Positions 1 through 9,623 of a stretch of DNA of 64,000 bases are shown piece after piece; positions within the stretch are counted from its first letter, which is position 1; each line of letters starts with the position of its first letter. The notes below the pieces were generated by a model, which was given only the letters and a program-made list of their open reading frames with translations, made no database searches and had not been told where the DNA came from. Both the position numbers and the translations under genes were made by a program. Source of the stretch: Myxococcaceae bacterium (GTDB taxonomy: Bacteria; Myxococcota; Myxococcia; Myxococcales; Myxococcaceae); contig JAEUJQ010000037.1 of the NCBI GenBank assembly GCA_016793095.1, positions 76,244 through 140,243 on the forward strand, read 5' to 3'.

Positions 1-3
1 GCG

Positions 4-1236
4 ATGCTGTCGCACGCGAACGTGCTCGACGGGCTCGTCGCCATCTCCGCCGCGTTCGGCCTCAGCGACGACGGCGAGACGGTGGTGTCGTACCTGCCCT
101 TCTCACACATCGCCGAGCAGATCGTCTCGCTCTGGGGTCACGGGAAGCTGGGGACCCTGACGGGCTTCTGCGAAGACCTCGAGCAGCTCGGCGACGCGCT
201 CAGGGAGATCCGCCCGACGGTCTTCTTCGCCGTCCCCCGCGTGTGGGAGAAGATGCAGGCGAAGATGGTCGCAGCCGGCGCGCAGAACCCGTGGCTGCGC
301 AAGAAGATCGCCGCCTGGGCCCGCGGCGTCGGCCTGCGGGCGAACCTGGCGCGCATCGAAGGCCGGCCCCTGCCCGGCGGCTACGGCCTGGCGTCGAAGC
401 TCGTCTTCTCGAAGGTGCGCGAGCGCCTGGGGCTCGACCGCTGTCGCCTCGCGGTCAGCGGTGCAGCGGCGCTCCCACGCGCGACGCTCGACTTCTTCCT
501 GTCCCTCGACGTGCCCATCCTCGAGCTCTACGGCATGACGGAAGGCCTGGGCGTCGCGACGACGAACACGCCGACCGCGTTCCGGCCGGGCACCACGGGC
601 AAGAGCCTCGCCGGCTACCAGCTCGAGCTCGCGGCGGACGGAGAGATCCTCATGAAGGGGCCGCACGTCTTCAAGGGCTACTTCAAGGACCCGGTGATGA
701 CGGCCGAGGCCCTCGACGCCGACGGCTGGCTGCACTCCGGCGACATCGGCGAGCTCGACGCCGACGGGTTCTTGCGCATCACCGACCGGAAGAAGGAGCT
801 CTTCAAGACCGCGGGCGGCAAGTACATCGCGCCGCAGCACCTCGAGGGCCTGCTCAAGGGCATTCCGGGCATCGGCCAGGCGGTCGTCGTGGGCGGCGAC
901 GATCGGAAGTACGTGGCGGCGCTGCTCACGCTCGACCCCGAGAGCGCGCCACGGCTCGCGAGCACCCTGGGCGCTCCGGCGGAGCTCGCGGCCCTGTCCG
1001 CTCACCCCGGCTTCGTCGCGCACGTGCAGCGCGAGCTCGACCGCATCAACGAGAAGCTGGCGCGCTACGAGTCCATCAAGCGCTTCAAGCTGCTGCCCCG
1101 CGAGCTCTCGGTGGACGGCGGGGAGCTGACGCCGACGCTCAAGCTCAAGCGGAAGGTCATCGCGCAGAAGTACGCGGCCGACATCGAGGCGCTCTTCTCA
1201 GGGGAGCCGCCCTCGTCGGCGTCGTCAGCGGCGTGA
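4..1236 (+). CDS. Long-chain fatty-acid--CoA ligase (AMP-dependent synthetase), C-terminal part; 5' end lies outside the window
   Basis: Adenylate-forming enzyme C-terminal motifs are present (GWLHSGDIG, DRKKELFKTAGGKYIAPQ, LTPTLKLKRK). The frame is open from the window edge and third-position GC is high. Confidence 0.85.
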   Translation: MLSHANVLDGLVAISAAFGLSDDGETVVSYLPFSHIAEQIVSLWGHGKLGTLTGFCEDLEQLGDALREIRPTVFFAVPRVWEKMQAKMVAAGAQNPWLRKKIAAWARGVGLRANLARIEGRPLPGGYGLASKLVFSKVRERLGLDRCRLAVSGAAALPRATLDFFLSLDVPILELYGMTEGLGVATTNTPTAFRPGTTGKSLAGYQLELAADGEILMKGPHVFKGYFKDPVMTAEALDADGWLHSGDIGELDADGFLRITDRKKELFKTAGGKYIAPQHLEGLLKGIPGIGQAVVVGGDDRKYVAALLTLDPESAPRLASTLGAPAELAALSAHPGFVAHVQRELDRINEKLARYESIKRFKLLPRELSVDGGELTPTLKLKRKVIAQKYAADIEALFSGEPPSSASSAA

Positions 1237-1238
1237 CG

Positions 1239-1574
1239 TCAGTCGTCGAGGCGCACGACGAAGTGCTCGCCGCGCTGCCGCCTGACGCTGCTCACGAGGT
1301 ACCCGGACCGGTTGGCGACGTGGTACCCGCTCTGCACGGTGTCGTCGTCCATCACCGTCCACACGAACAGCTCGTCGCGCCCCTGCACGAAGTCGAGCTG
1401 CTCGCCGAACGTCTCGAAGAGGCAGCCCTCGTCGTCGTCGTTCTGCCACGCGGGCTCGGCGTCTTCGAAGGGGTTGGCGACGAGCGGGAAGCGCCGCTCG
1501 AACTCCGCGAGCGACAACACCGCCGGCTCCACCACTCCGCGCGCCGCCGGCCTCTTCCTCCGTTTCACCGCCAT
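1239..1574 (-). CDS. Hypothetical acidic small protein (111 aa)
   Basis: ATG at 1574, 10 bp downstream of the preceding gene's stop, in the rSAM operon. The sequence is protein-like (MAVKRRK...DDDEGCLFETFGEQLDF...). It converges on the acyl-CoA ligase stop. Confidence 0.45.
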   Translation of the reverse strand: MAVKRRKRPAARGVVEPAVLSLAEFERRFPLVANPFEDAEPAWQNDDDEGCLFETFGEQLDFVQGRDELFVWTVMDDDTVQSGYHVANRSGYLVSSVRRQRGEHFVVRLDD

Positions 1575-1584
1575 CGACCTGAGC

Positions 1585-2103
1585 CTACAGCGGAGCGCCG
1601 AGCTCGAGCGCGGTGAAGAGACGCCGCGACGAGGCGAAGAAGTCGTCGGCGTCGGCGAGGTGCAGCGCGTGCAGCGTCGACGGGCGCGGCAGCCTGCCCG
1701 CGAAGTCAACGGTGACGTTGCGCAGGGGCTCCCGCAGCGCGCGCTTGTGGTGGGCCAGCAGCGTGGCGTCGTCGAGGGACACCTCCCACGCCTCGGCCGG
1801 CTCGTCCGGAGCGACCTTCGCCCAGACGCGCTCGAACAACAGCGCGCGCCGCAGCGCCTCGCTCGTTCGCCTCGTCACCTGCAGCACCGTCGATAACCGC
1901 GGCCACGCGGACAGAACGAGCCGGGTCTGCACGCGCACGCCGAGCCGCTGGAGCGCGCCCTCGACTGCCGACCGGTCCGGCCAGCCGAGCGGCGTCACGA
2001 TGAAGTGGGTCGCCTCAGGGAGCGGCCTGGTGAGGCACCGCTCGTCGAGCGCCGTCAGCCACCGACGCAGGGCCTCGAGCTCGTGGGGGAAGGGCTCCGT
2101 CAC
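1585..2103 (-). CDS. Hypothetical protein (172 aa) translationally coupled to the radical SAM gene
   Basis: GTG start at 2103 overlaps the rSAM TGA stop (GTGA). The frame is open to 1585 and the product VTEPFPHELEALRRWL... looks globular. Confidence 0.5.
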   Translation of the reverse strand: MTEPFPHELEALRRWLTALDERCLTRPLPEATHFIVTPLGWPDRSAVEGALQRLGVRVQTRLVLSAWPRLSTVLQVTRRTSEALRRALLFERVWAKVAPDEPAEAWEVSLDDATLLAHHKRALREPLRNVTVDFAGRLPRPSTLHALHLADADDFFASSRRLFTALELGAPL

Positions 2104-3206
2104 CGTCGCCTCCTCGCGTTGACCGCGTCGTTGTACGCGCGGGTGCAGTGCAGGCAGTACCGCTGGCAGATGGCGTCGGCGGCGCAGTCGTGCGTGGCGA
2201 CGAAGCGCGCGCTCACCCGCCGCTGCACCTCGGGCGCGTCGGTCGTCGGTCCCAGCGGCGTGCCGCCTTCGCGCAGGTACACCGAGCACGGGTAGTAGGA
2301 CTCGCCGTCCACCGTGCGCTCGGTGAGCGGAATGAAGCAGCGCCAGCCGGAGCCCGCCGTCGCCTGCGGAAGGCCGATGGCGTCAGGCGCGAAGACGGTC
2401 TCGACCTTCCGGCGCAGCAAGGGGAACGACGTCGCCGGGTACCTCGCGAGCACCGCGTGCAGGCGCGCCTTCACCTCGGCCACACCCGGGAAGTCGCCGA
2501 GGTGTCCCTTCGCGTCGACGTCGGTGATGAGCTTCAGGTCGTCGATGCCCAGCGAGAGGAACAACCCGACGAGCTCGGGCAGGCGCGCGCGGTTCGCCAC
2601 GCCCACCACGGTGTTGACGATGAGGAAGAAGGGCGCGCCCTGGCGCCGCGCGGCGCAGAGCCCCTGCAACGTCGCCATCGCCCGCGCCCACGCGTTCTGC
2701 CTCCCCGTGAGCGCCGCGCCGAGCGCCGGCTCGCCCGCGTCGAGGGACAGGCGCAGCTCGTCGAGGCCCGCGTCCACCAGGCGGAGCAACCTCGCCGCCG
2801 GCAGCGTGCCGTTCGTCGTCATCGAGAGGCGCTCGACGCCCGCGCGCTTCGCGAGGCGAACCAGCTCGTCGAGGCCGTGCACGAGTGACGCCTCGCCCCC
2901 GGTGAAGTGCAGGTGCCGCAGCGGCGTGCCCGAGTGCTGGGCGAGCAGCGTGGAGAACTCCGCCTCCGTGAAGGTGCGCCGCTTCTGCGGCCTCGCGTCG
3001 AGCTCGGCCTCGCTGCGCGCGATGGTCTTGCAGTACGGGCAGTCGAGGTTGCAGCGGTAGGTGAGGAAGACGGTGAGGCGGTGGAGCGGCGTGCGGACGT
3101 TGACCCGGTCCGGCTCATTGACGAGGCGCCCGAGCTCGGCCACCCGCGCGTCGCGCTCGTCGTCGAACAGCAGGTCCGGCACCGGGCTCCGCACCGCGTC
3201 GGCCAT
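2100..3206 (-). CDS. Radical SAM domain protein with Cys-rich C-terminal (SPASM/twitch-like) region
   Basis: CNLDCPYC (CxxxCxxC) cluster motif and a glycine-rich SAM site (FTGGEAS). Six additional C-terminal Cys (WRC, PCS, HDCAADAICQRYCLHC). Strong Shine-Dalgarno GAGGAGG 5 nt upstream of ATG 3206. Confidence 0.85.
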   Translation of the reverse strand: MADAVRSPVPDLLFDDERDARVAELGRLVNEPDRVNVRTPLHRLTVFLTYRCNLDCPYCKTIARSEAELDARPQKRRTFTEAEFSTLLAQHSGTPLRHLHFTGGEASLVHGLDELVRLAKRAGVERLSMTTNGTLPAARLLRLVDAGLDELRLSLDAGEPALGAALTGRQNAWARAMATLQGLCAARRQGAPFFLIVNTVVGVANRARLPELVGLFLSLGIDDLKLITDVDAKGHLGDFPGVAEVKARLHAVLARYPATSFPLLRRKVETVFAPDAIGLPQATAGSGWRCFIPLTERTVDGESYYPCSVYLREGGTPLGPTTDAPEVQRRVSARFVATHDCAADAICQRYCLHCTRAYNDAVNARRRR

Positions 3207-3390
3207 CGCGCCTCCTCGATGTGCGACAGCGTGCTACATGGACCCGGACGAGTGCAAACGGGCTGTCAATTCAGCATCTTGCATGGTTGCTGAACGACCT
3301 GATTCGGCTCCCGACGACCCGAACAAGAACAGTCAACGGGGCCTCCGCCGGCCTGGGGTGGCCGCCTGGGAGCACGTGACGCGCTGACGG

Positions 3391-5514
3391 TCACGGCATC
3401 GGGACGAGCGTGCGCACGGACGCGACGCCGCTCGAGGCGCTCAGCTCGAGGTGCCCTCCTTCGAGGCCGTCGTGGGCGAGCACCACGTCTCCGTTGGTCG
3501 CGCGCAGGGTGAGCGTGGTGCGCTCATGACCGAAGTGGGCGACGGACAGGAAGGGAGCGCCCGCCCACTGCACGCGCACGGTGCGGGCGTCGACGCGGGT
3601 CACGCGCACGCCGTCGAGGGACAGGGGCTGCGCGGCCCGGCGCTCCACCACGGCGCCTCCGTGCAGCACCTCGGCCAGCGCGAGCGGCCCCACGTCCTCC
3701 ACCACGCCGAGCAGGTGCACGTCGTCAGACTCCGAGAGGGACGACTCGCGCAGCGACGCGGTGATGACGCGGCCCGAGGCCGAGGTGAGCCGCACGGCCC
3801 ACGCGCTGTCCGTCACCACGGTGCGCGCCGCGAGCGCCTGGTGCAACGGCTCGAGGTGCACCGTCGCCCCGCGCACCACCACCGAGACGATGACGGACGG
3901 CTCGAGCACCATCGCCTGCGGCGGCGTCGGCGCGTAGTCCCCGTCGCGCTCGAGGGCCGTCTGCGCTGCGCGGTACGTGTAGTCGCTGATCCACGTCGGG
4001 TTGCAGTAGCTCATCAGGTCCACGTACTGCGTCGGGTTCATGAACGACTGGCCGTTCCACCCCCACGAGCCGATGCGCGCACCCGCGTAGGGGTACGAGG
4101 GGTCGGTGCCTGCAGCCCCGCCACACGGCGCGTGAGGACGGCCGAAGTTGTGGCCCAGCTCGTGTGACGCGACCCCGACGGAGTCGTCACGGCCGATGGC
4201 GGTGGGCTGGCCGATATAGCCGATGCCAGCGACGCCGAAGGAGCCGACGCGGACGAAGCCGTAGTAGTGCCGCGCGCTCCCGTCGGCCGCGCGCACCTGG
4301 GCGATCTGCGAGAGCAGCGCGCCCCACGCCTGGGTGTCTCCGCCGGTCGGCACGACGCTGGTGGTGTACGGCGCGCGGGTGCGCGACTGCGAGTCGGCGA
4401 AGGGCCACTGCGAGACCATGGTGTCGCGCACGTCGACGACGCTCGAGGTGACGCCGCCCACCACCACCGGCACCGAGGTGAGGTGCAGCACGTTGCGCCG
4501 GCCCACCATCGGCGAGACGCGGCGCTCGTTGTTCTGCTCGTTGGACTCGGGCAGCTGCTCCATGGCGTCGGCCACCACCGCCACCTCGAGGCCCGGCGCC
4601 ACCCACTCGGCCGGCAGCGGCGCGGTGTACTGGCGGTTCACCTCGGCGGGCGCGGTCGGCGGCGCGGCGGGGCCCGTCATGCGCACGCGGCCGAGCTCCA
4701 CACCCTGGCGCCGCGCGACCACCTGCACCACGCACGCGAGGCTCGCGGTGTCCGAGACGATGGACGCAACGACGAGCGCCGGCTTGCCCTCGACGAGCTT
4801 CAGGCTCTCGGCCACCACCGACTGCGCGAAGGCCACGCGCTCGACCCGCACGTCACCGACCGGCTCCACGCCCGTGAGCGTCAGCACCTGGGTCGCCACG
4901 CCCCCGCGCCCGTCGCGCACCGTGAGCGTCACCGTGGTGGGCCCGCGCTGCGTCACCTCGAAGGGCCGCGTCGTCATCGCGCAGGGCACCGGGCCGCCGG
5001 GCGCGAGCTCGCAGGTGAGCGAGGTGGAGTCGGGGTCCACCGCGTCGATGGTGAGCGTCGTGGTGAAGGGCGTCACGCCGGTCGCGCGCGAGGCCGAGAA
5101 GGTCGTGATGCGCGGCGGCTGGTTCGGGGGCAGCAGCACCTCGACTGACACGCTGCGCTCGACCTGCTGGCCTTCGGCGTCGACGACCACGAGCTTGAGC
5201 GTGGCCTGGCCGGGCGTCATCAGGCGCACCTGGGTCGCCGACTCGGAGGAGCAATCGCCGAGCTCGACGCGCTCGCCGGTGGACGTCTCGAGGCGGCAGC
5301 TCAGCACGCCACCACGCGGCGCGACGGCCATCGCCGAGCACGCGAGGGGCACCGTCGCCTCGATCGAGCGGCTCGCGCAGGCGAACGACGTCACCCTCGG
5401 CGTCCCCGCCACCAGGATGACGCCATCGACGGGTCCGGGGTCGGTCTGGAGCAGCGCCGAGCCCTCACACGCGGCGAACGCAAGCAGACACGTCCAGAGC
5501 AGGCGGCGGTTCAT
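3391..5514 (-). CDS. Secreted metzincin-type zinc metalloprotease with N-terminal Ig/PKD-like repeats
   Basis: Signal peptide MNRRLLWTCLLAFAAC, HELGHNFGRPH (HExxHxxGxxH) and a downstream Met-turn (LMSYC). ATG at 5514 is preferred over the TTG at 5532. Confidence 0.8.
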   Translation of the reverse strand: MNRRLLWTCLLAFAACEGSALLQTDPGPVDGVILVAGTPRVTSFACASRSIEATVPLACSAMAVAPRGGVLSCRLETSTGERVELGDCSSESATQVRLMTPGQATLKLVVVDAEGQQVERSVSVEVLLPPNQPPRITTFSASRATGVTPFTTTLTIDAVDPDSTSLTCELAPGGPVPCAMTTRPFEVTQRGPTTVTLTVRDGRGGVATQVLTLTGVEPVGDVRVERVAFAQSVVAESLKLVEGKPALVVASIVSDTASLACVVQVVARRQGVELGRVRMTGPAAPPTAPAEVNRQYTAPLPAEWVAPGLEVAVVADAMEQLPESNEQNNERRVSPMVGRRNVLHLTSVPVVVGGVTSSVVDVRDTMVSQWPFADSQSRTRAPYTTSVVPTGGDTQAWGALLSQIAQVRAADGSARHYYGFVRVGSFGVAGIGYIGQPTAIGRDDSVGVASHELGHNFGRPHAPCGGAAGTDPSYPYAGARIGSWGWNGQSFMNPTQYVDLMSYCNPTWISDYTYRAAQTALERDGDYAPTPPQAMVLEPSVIVSVVVRGATVHLEPLHQALAARTVVTDSAWAVRLTSASGRVITASLRESSLSESDDVHLLGVVEDVGPLALAEVLHGGAVVERRAAQPLSLDGVRVTRVDARTVRVQWAGAPFLSVAHFGHERTTLTLRATNGDVVLAHDGLEGGHLELSASSGVASVRTLVPMP

Positions 5515-5677
5515 GGAGCCCGTCGGGTGCAAGACGAGCGCCCCGCCCCGCGGGCGTGCTTCCGGTCACTTCCGCCTGCCCGCCCTGAGCACCGGCGTGA
5601 TCAGCCCGCGCCCGCGCGCTCCACCGCGGCGGCGTTTCTCGTCGCCCAAGGCGCGGTGTTCACCGGGGTGCACACCG

Positions 5678-6460
5678 TCACTTCACGAACTCAAGCCCGG
5701 CGGGCCCGATGCGCACCTGCGACGGCTCGACCTTCAGGTACCCGGTGATGATGGCGCGCGCGGCCTCCTTCGCGGTGGCCCTCAGCTGCGCGTCCTTCGT
5801 CTCCTCGGCCTGCTGCCAGGTGGCGAGCAGCCAGGTGCCGAGGCTCACCATCAGCTCGTAGAACTGCTGCTTGTCGGCGTCGGGCACCTTCTTCAGCTCG
5901 GGCGTCTCGAGGGCCTGCTGGAGCTGCCGGGCGAGCAGCGTGACGCCGTCTTCGTCGGGCTCCTGGCCGTCGTGCGACACCATCCACCCGATGCCGATGA
6001 AGAACGTCATCGCGCCGGCGAGGTCGTTGGCGAGGCCCTCCTTCGCGGCCTCGGTCTCGTACGCCGTGAGGCCCGCCTCGAAGAGGGTCTTGAGCGCGGC
6101 CTGCTGCTCGGGGTCCTTCGTCATCGCGGCGGCGAGGGAGGGAACGAGCAGGCGCTTCTTCGCCGGCTTGAAGCGTGAGGCGGTCGGCGCGGGGAGCGCC
6201 TTCGACGCCTCGACGGCCTGCTTGCTGCCGCCGAGCACCTCGAGCATCTGCGCCGTCGTCATCTGGCCGAGCTGCGCGTCGGTGTAGCCGCGCTTCTTCA
6301 GCATCACGCGGTACACCAGGCGCGAGTTCATCCGGTCCCAGAACATCGAGTTGACGCTGGCCGAGATGGGGTTGTTGAAGCTGTAGCCGTACGAGTTCGT
6401 GTACTGCGCGGACGCGGTGACGGCAGCCAGGGCGACGACGACGAGCGTGAAGCGCTTCAT
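5678..6460 (-). CDS. Secreted hypothetical protein (261 aa, Ala/Lys/Glu-rich)
   Basis: ATG 6460 is preceded by AAGGAGG. Signal peptide MKRFTLVVVALAAVTASA. The upstream part of the long ORF is Arg-rich junk. Confidence 0.7.
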   Translation of the reverse strand: MKRFTLVVVALAAVTASAQYTNSYGYSFNNPISASVNSMFWDRMNSRLVYRVMLKKRGYTDAQLGQMTTAQMLEVLGGSKQAVEASKALPAPTASRFKPAKKRLLVPSLAAAMTKDPEQQAALKTLFEAGLTAYETEAAKEGLANDLAGAMTFFIGIGWMVSHDGQEPDEDGVTLLARQLQQALETPELKKVPDADKQQFYELMVSLGTWLLATWQQAEETKDAQLRATAKEAARAIITGYLKVEPSQVRIGPAGLEFVK

Positions 6461-6705
6461 GCGGCCTCCTTCCCCCCGGCGCGTCCCAGCATCGCAGGCC
6501 ACACGTGCCGTGTCGCGAGGCGCGTCTTCGACAGCAGCGATGCACAGGCTGGAGGCACCGCATTCTCCGCCTCCCCGTCGGCGCCCACTCTCCTGCCCGC
6601 GACGAGCTTCAGGTGACGGCCGACGACGACGTGCGCGAATGCACTGGCTCCATCGGGTCGATGCGTGAGTCCGTGCCTGGCGCGGCTGTTGCTGACCGGC
6701 GGACC

Positions 6706-7524
6706 ATGCGGCTCCGGTCCAGGCTCTCCGTTGCAGCGGTTGCGTTGATTCTGTTCGCGTGGTTCGGCTGCCACGTCGCCACGCGAGCGCACGCCGCGGA
6801 CAGATCGCCACGGTGCCTGCGCGTGATGACCTACAACATCCTCGCGGGCGATCGAGGGCTCGATGGCATCCGCAAGACCCTTGAGGCTGCCGACGCCGAC
6901 GTCATCGCGCTGCAGGAAGTCGATGAGAAGACCAGACGCTCTGGCCGGGTCGACCAGGCTGCCGCGCTCGGCAAGGCGCTCTCGATGCAACACACCTTCG
7001 CAGCGCACTTCCCCTATCAGGGCGGGCGCTACGGAGTCGCGCTCCTCTCGAGGTACCCCATCGTCAGCTCGCTGCGACGCACGGTGAAAGGGAGCCGGCT
7101 CGCACAGCTCGACGCCACCGTTCGAACGCCCTCGGGCGACGTGCGGATCATCGTGGTGCACTACACCGTCACCTTTCCTCTACGAGACGAGCAGGAGACC
7201 GCGGCTACTGACGCAGCCCGCCTCGCCGAGGCGACCGCCACCGCGACGCTCGCGAAGGCGACCGGGGGCCCCGTGCTCGTCCTCGGCGACATGAACGACG
7301 ACACCGGGTCGCCGACCTACGAGCAGCTCGCCCCGACGATGCAAGACGCCTGCGAGGTGAAGGGGAAGGGGCTGGCGAAGACGTGGAACAGCGCCTTCGC
7401 CTTCACCCGCATCGACTACGTGTGGGCGAGCACGCACTTCGAGGTCGAGGGTTGCGGCACGCTCCCGGGCACCGCGAGCGATCATCTGCCCGTCGTGGCC
7501 GACCTCTGCCTCAGGGAACGGTGA
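6706..7524 (+). CDS. Endonuclease/exonuclease/phosphatase (EEP) family secreted protein
   Basis: Signal peptide MRLRSRLSVAAVALILFAWFGC. EEP motifs MTYNIL, DVIALQEV, GDMNDD, RIDYVWAS, SDHLPV. Confidence 0.8.
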   Translation: MRLRSRLSVAAVALILFAWFGCHVATRAHAADRSPRCLRVMTYNILAGDRGLDGIRKTLEAADADVIALQEVDEKTRRSGRVDQAAALGKALSMQHTFAAHFPYQGGRYGVALLSRYPIVSSLRRTVKGSRLAQLDATVRTPSGDVRIIVVHYTVTFPLRDEQETAATDAARLAEATATATLAKATGGPVLVLGDMNDDTGSPTYEQLAPTMQDACEVKGKGLAKTWNSAFAFTRIDYVWASTHFEVEGCGTLPGTASDHLPVVADLCLRER

Positions 7525-7593
7525 GCGACTGCAGCGTCACGCGGCGCGCGCACCAACCAACGCGCGAGGCAGGGGCTAAGCTGAGCGGCCGTC

Positions 7594-8406
7594 ATGACAC
7601 CCGGGCGCGCGCGCACGCTCGAAGACTGGCTGGCGGCGCCGGCAGGGCGTTGGTTTCCCGGCCGCTGCTTCGTCACCTTCTGTCCGACGCCGACGCTCTT
7701 CGGCTTCGCGCTGTGGGGCCGGCCGGGCCGCGCCGACATCGAGCGCCTCACCCGTGCGCTGCTCGTCGAGCTGGGCCCCAACGCCGGGCCGCACCGCTCG
7801 CTCGTTGACGTGCGGTTCGTCGAGAGCGTCGACGGCGCCGCCTTCGAGGTGCTGCAGCGGTACGTGCAGTCGCACCACGCGGCGCTGAAGGAGCGCGTCA
7901 CCTCGCTCGCCCTCGTGCGCCCCGCCGGCCTCGTGGGCGCCGTGGTGGCGGGCTTCTACTCGGTCCTCGACTCACCCTACCCCACGAAGGACTTCGGGAC
8001 CCTCGGCGAGGCCGTGCGCTGGCTCGGGCTCGACGCGGACGTGGGCGATGGCGTCGCGGCCCTCGTCGCGGAGCACTCCGGCCAGTCACCCCTGCTCGTC
8101 GACCTGCACGCGTGCCTCGACGCGCTGGGCCCGAAGGCGCCGATGGCCCGCATCGCGAAGCAGCTCGGCGTCGCCACGAGGACGCTCCAGCGCAGGCTCT
8201 CGGAGCAGCGCACCTCGTTCGCGCGCGAGGTGATGGCCCACCGGCTGCGCGCCGCCCGCGCCCGCATGCTCGAGACCGACGAGCCGCTCACCGCCATCGC
8301 CCTCGACTGCGGCTTCGCCTCGCTGCAGCACTTCAGCGCCGCCTTCCGCAAGGCCGAGGGCGCCTCGCCCGCGCAGTGGCGCAAGGCCCGCGGCGCCGGG
8401 CGCTGA
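7594..8406 (+). CDS. AraC family transcriptional regulator
   Basis: C-terminal AraC helix-turn-helix region (IAKQLGVATRTLQRRL...IALDCGFASLQHFSAAFRKAEGASP). Confidence 0.85.
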   Translation: MTPGRARTLEDWLAAPAGRWFPGRCFVTFCPTPTLFGFALWGRPGRADIERLTRALLVELGPNAGPHRSLVDVRFVESVDGAAFEVLQRYVQSHHAALKERVTSLALVRPAGLVGAVVAGFYSVLDSPYPTKDFGTLGEAVRWLGLDADVGDGVAALVAEHSGQSPLLVDLHACLDALGPKAPMARIAKQLGVATRTLQRRLSEQRTSFAREVMAHRLRAARARMLETDEPLTAIALDCGFASLQHFSAAFRKAEGASPAQWRKARGAGR

Positions 8407-8407
8407 C

Positions 8408-8656
8408 TCAGCGAGGCTTCTCGTCACCCGGACTCGCGCCCGACGGCCACAGCGCCAGCAGCGCGCCGACGAAGACGACGACGAGCGCGATGGCGCCAGC
8501 CGCGAGGCCGCCGCTGAAGCCGAAGAGGAAGCCAAGGCCCGACGAGGCGCGCGGCGTGTCCACCATGTCGCGCGAGAAGAGCCAGGTCGCCGCCGTGGTG
8601 ACGAGCAGGAACGCGAGCCCCGCCAGGAACCCGCTCAGCGCGAAGACGCGGCACAT
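8408..8656 (-). CDS. Small two-helix membrane protein (83 aa)
   Basis: Hydrophobic segments FLAGLAFLLVTTAATWLF and LAAGAIALVVVFVGALLAL. Start taken at MCRV; the RBS is weak. Confidence 0.45.
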   Translation of the reverse strand: MCRVFALSGFLAGLAFLLVTTAATWLFSRDMVDTPRASSGLGFLFGFSGGLAAGAIALVVVFVGALLALWPSGASPGDEKPR

Positions 8657-8775
8657 GACGCGAGCGTACCCGCGCTCCCCGCGGCGAGCACGGCGCAAGG
8701 CCCGCGGCGCGAAGACGTAAACGATTGGCGCGTTCTCGTACGCACCAGCGGCGCGCTCCGGGCGACAAGACGGGC

Positions 8776-9609
8776 ATGAACGCTCCCGCCTTCGAGCCGA
8801 TGACCGACGCCTCGTCCTTCCGCCGCATGGCCGCCGCGATGTGGAGGAGCCCCGCCGACCCCACCATCTTCGGCGCGATGGACCTCGACGCCACCGCCCT
8901 GCTCGCCTTCATCGACGAGCACCGCGCGCGCACGGGCCAGCGCCTCACCGTCACGCACCTCGTCTCGCAGGCCGTCGCGCGGGCCTTCGCCCAGCACCCC
9001 ACGCTCAACGCCAAGGTGCGCTTCGGGGGCCGCCTCGAGCGCCGCACCTCGGTGGACCTCTTCGTGTCCGTCAGCACCGAGAACGGGAAGGACCTGTCGG
9101 GCGTGCGGGTGGACGGGGCCGACCGGCTCGACCTCGCGGGCTGGGTCGACACGCTGGCGGTGAAAGCGAGGGACATCCGCTCCGGGCAGGACGCGAGCTT
9201 TCAGAAGACGCGCAGCCTCTTCAAGCTGATGCCCTTCTGGTTGCTCCGGCCGTTCCTGCGGCTCGTCGACGTGCTCGCGAACGAGCTGCACGTGCACCTG
9301 CCCGCGCAGGGCCTGCCGCGCGACCCGTTCGGCACCGCCGTCATCACGAACGTGGGCTCGTTCGGCATCGACACCGCGTTCGCGCCCTTCGTGCCCATGG
9401 GCCGCTGCCCGATGCTGCTGCTCATCAACGAGGTGCGCGAGCGTCCGTGGGTCGTCGACGGCGCGCTGGCGGTGCGGCCGGTGCTGCGCCTGTGCGGCAC
9501 CTTCGACCACCGCATCATCGACGGGCACGCGGCTGGCCTCATCGCCCGCGCCATTCGCACCGCGCTCGAGCAGCCGGCCGGGCTCGCGCCGCTGGCCCGC
9601 GCCGCCTGA
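8776..9609 (+). CDS. 2-oxoacid dehydrogenase acyltransferase (E2) catalytic-domain-only protein
   Basis: DHRIIDG catalytic motif of the E2/CAT fold with no lipoyl or subunit-binding domains. Start at MNAPAFEP. Confidence 0.75.
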   Translation: MNAPAFEPMTDASSFRRMAAAMWRSPADPTIFGAMDLDATALLAFIDEHRARTGQRLTVTHLVSQAVARAFAQHPTLNAKVRFGGRLERRTSVDLFVSVSTENGKDLSGVRVDGADRLDLAGWVDTLAVKARDIRSGQDASFQKTRSLFKLMPFWLLRPFLRLVDVLANELHVHLPAQGLPRDPFGTAVITNVGSFGIDTAFAPFVPMGRCPMLLLINEVRERPWVVDGALAVRPVLRLCGTFDHRIIDGHAAGLIARAIRTALEQPAGLAPLARAA

Positions 9610-9623
9610 CGAGAGGAGCCACC

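Noticed and set aside
103-1616. ORFs 243..1616(+) of 457 aa and 103..1023(-) of 306 aa, overlapping the acyl-CoA ligase gene
   Set aside because: Alternate-frame or antisense products that are extremely Arg/Ala/Pro/Gly-rich with no motifs. The ligase frame carries clear adenylation-enzyme motifs.
6677-6691. TGGCGC-N5-TTGCT near the EEP gene start
   Set aside because: One mismatch in the -24 box. It lies only 15 bp from the ATG and inside an alternative start region. Probably chance.
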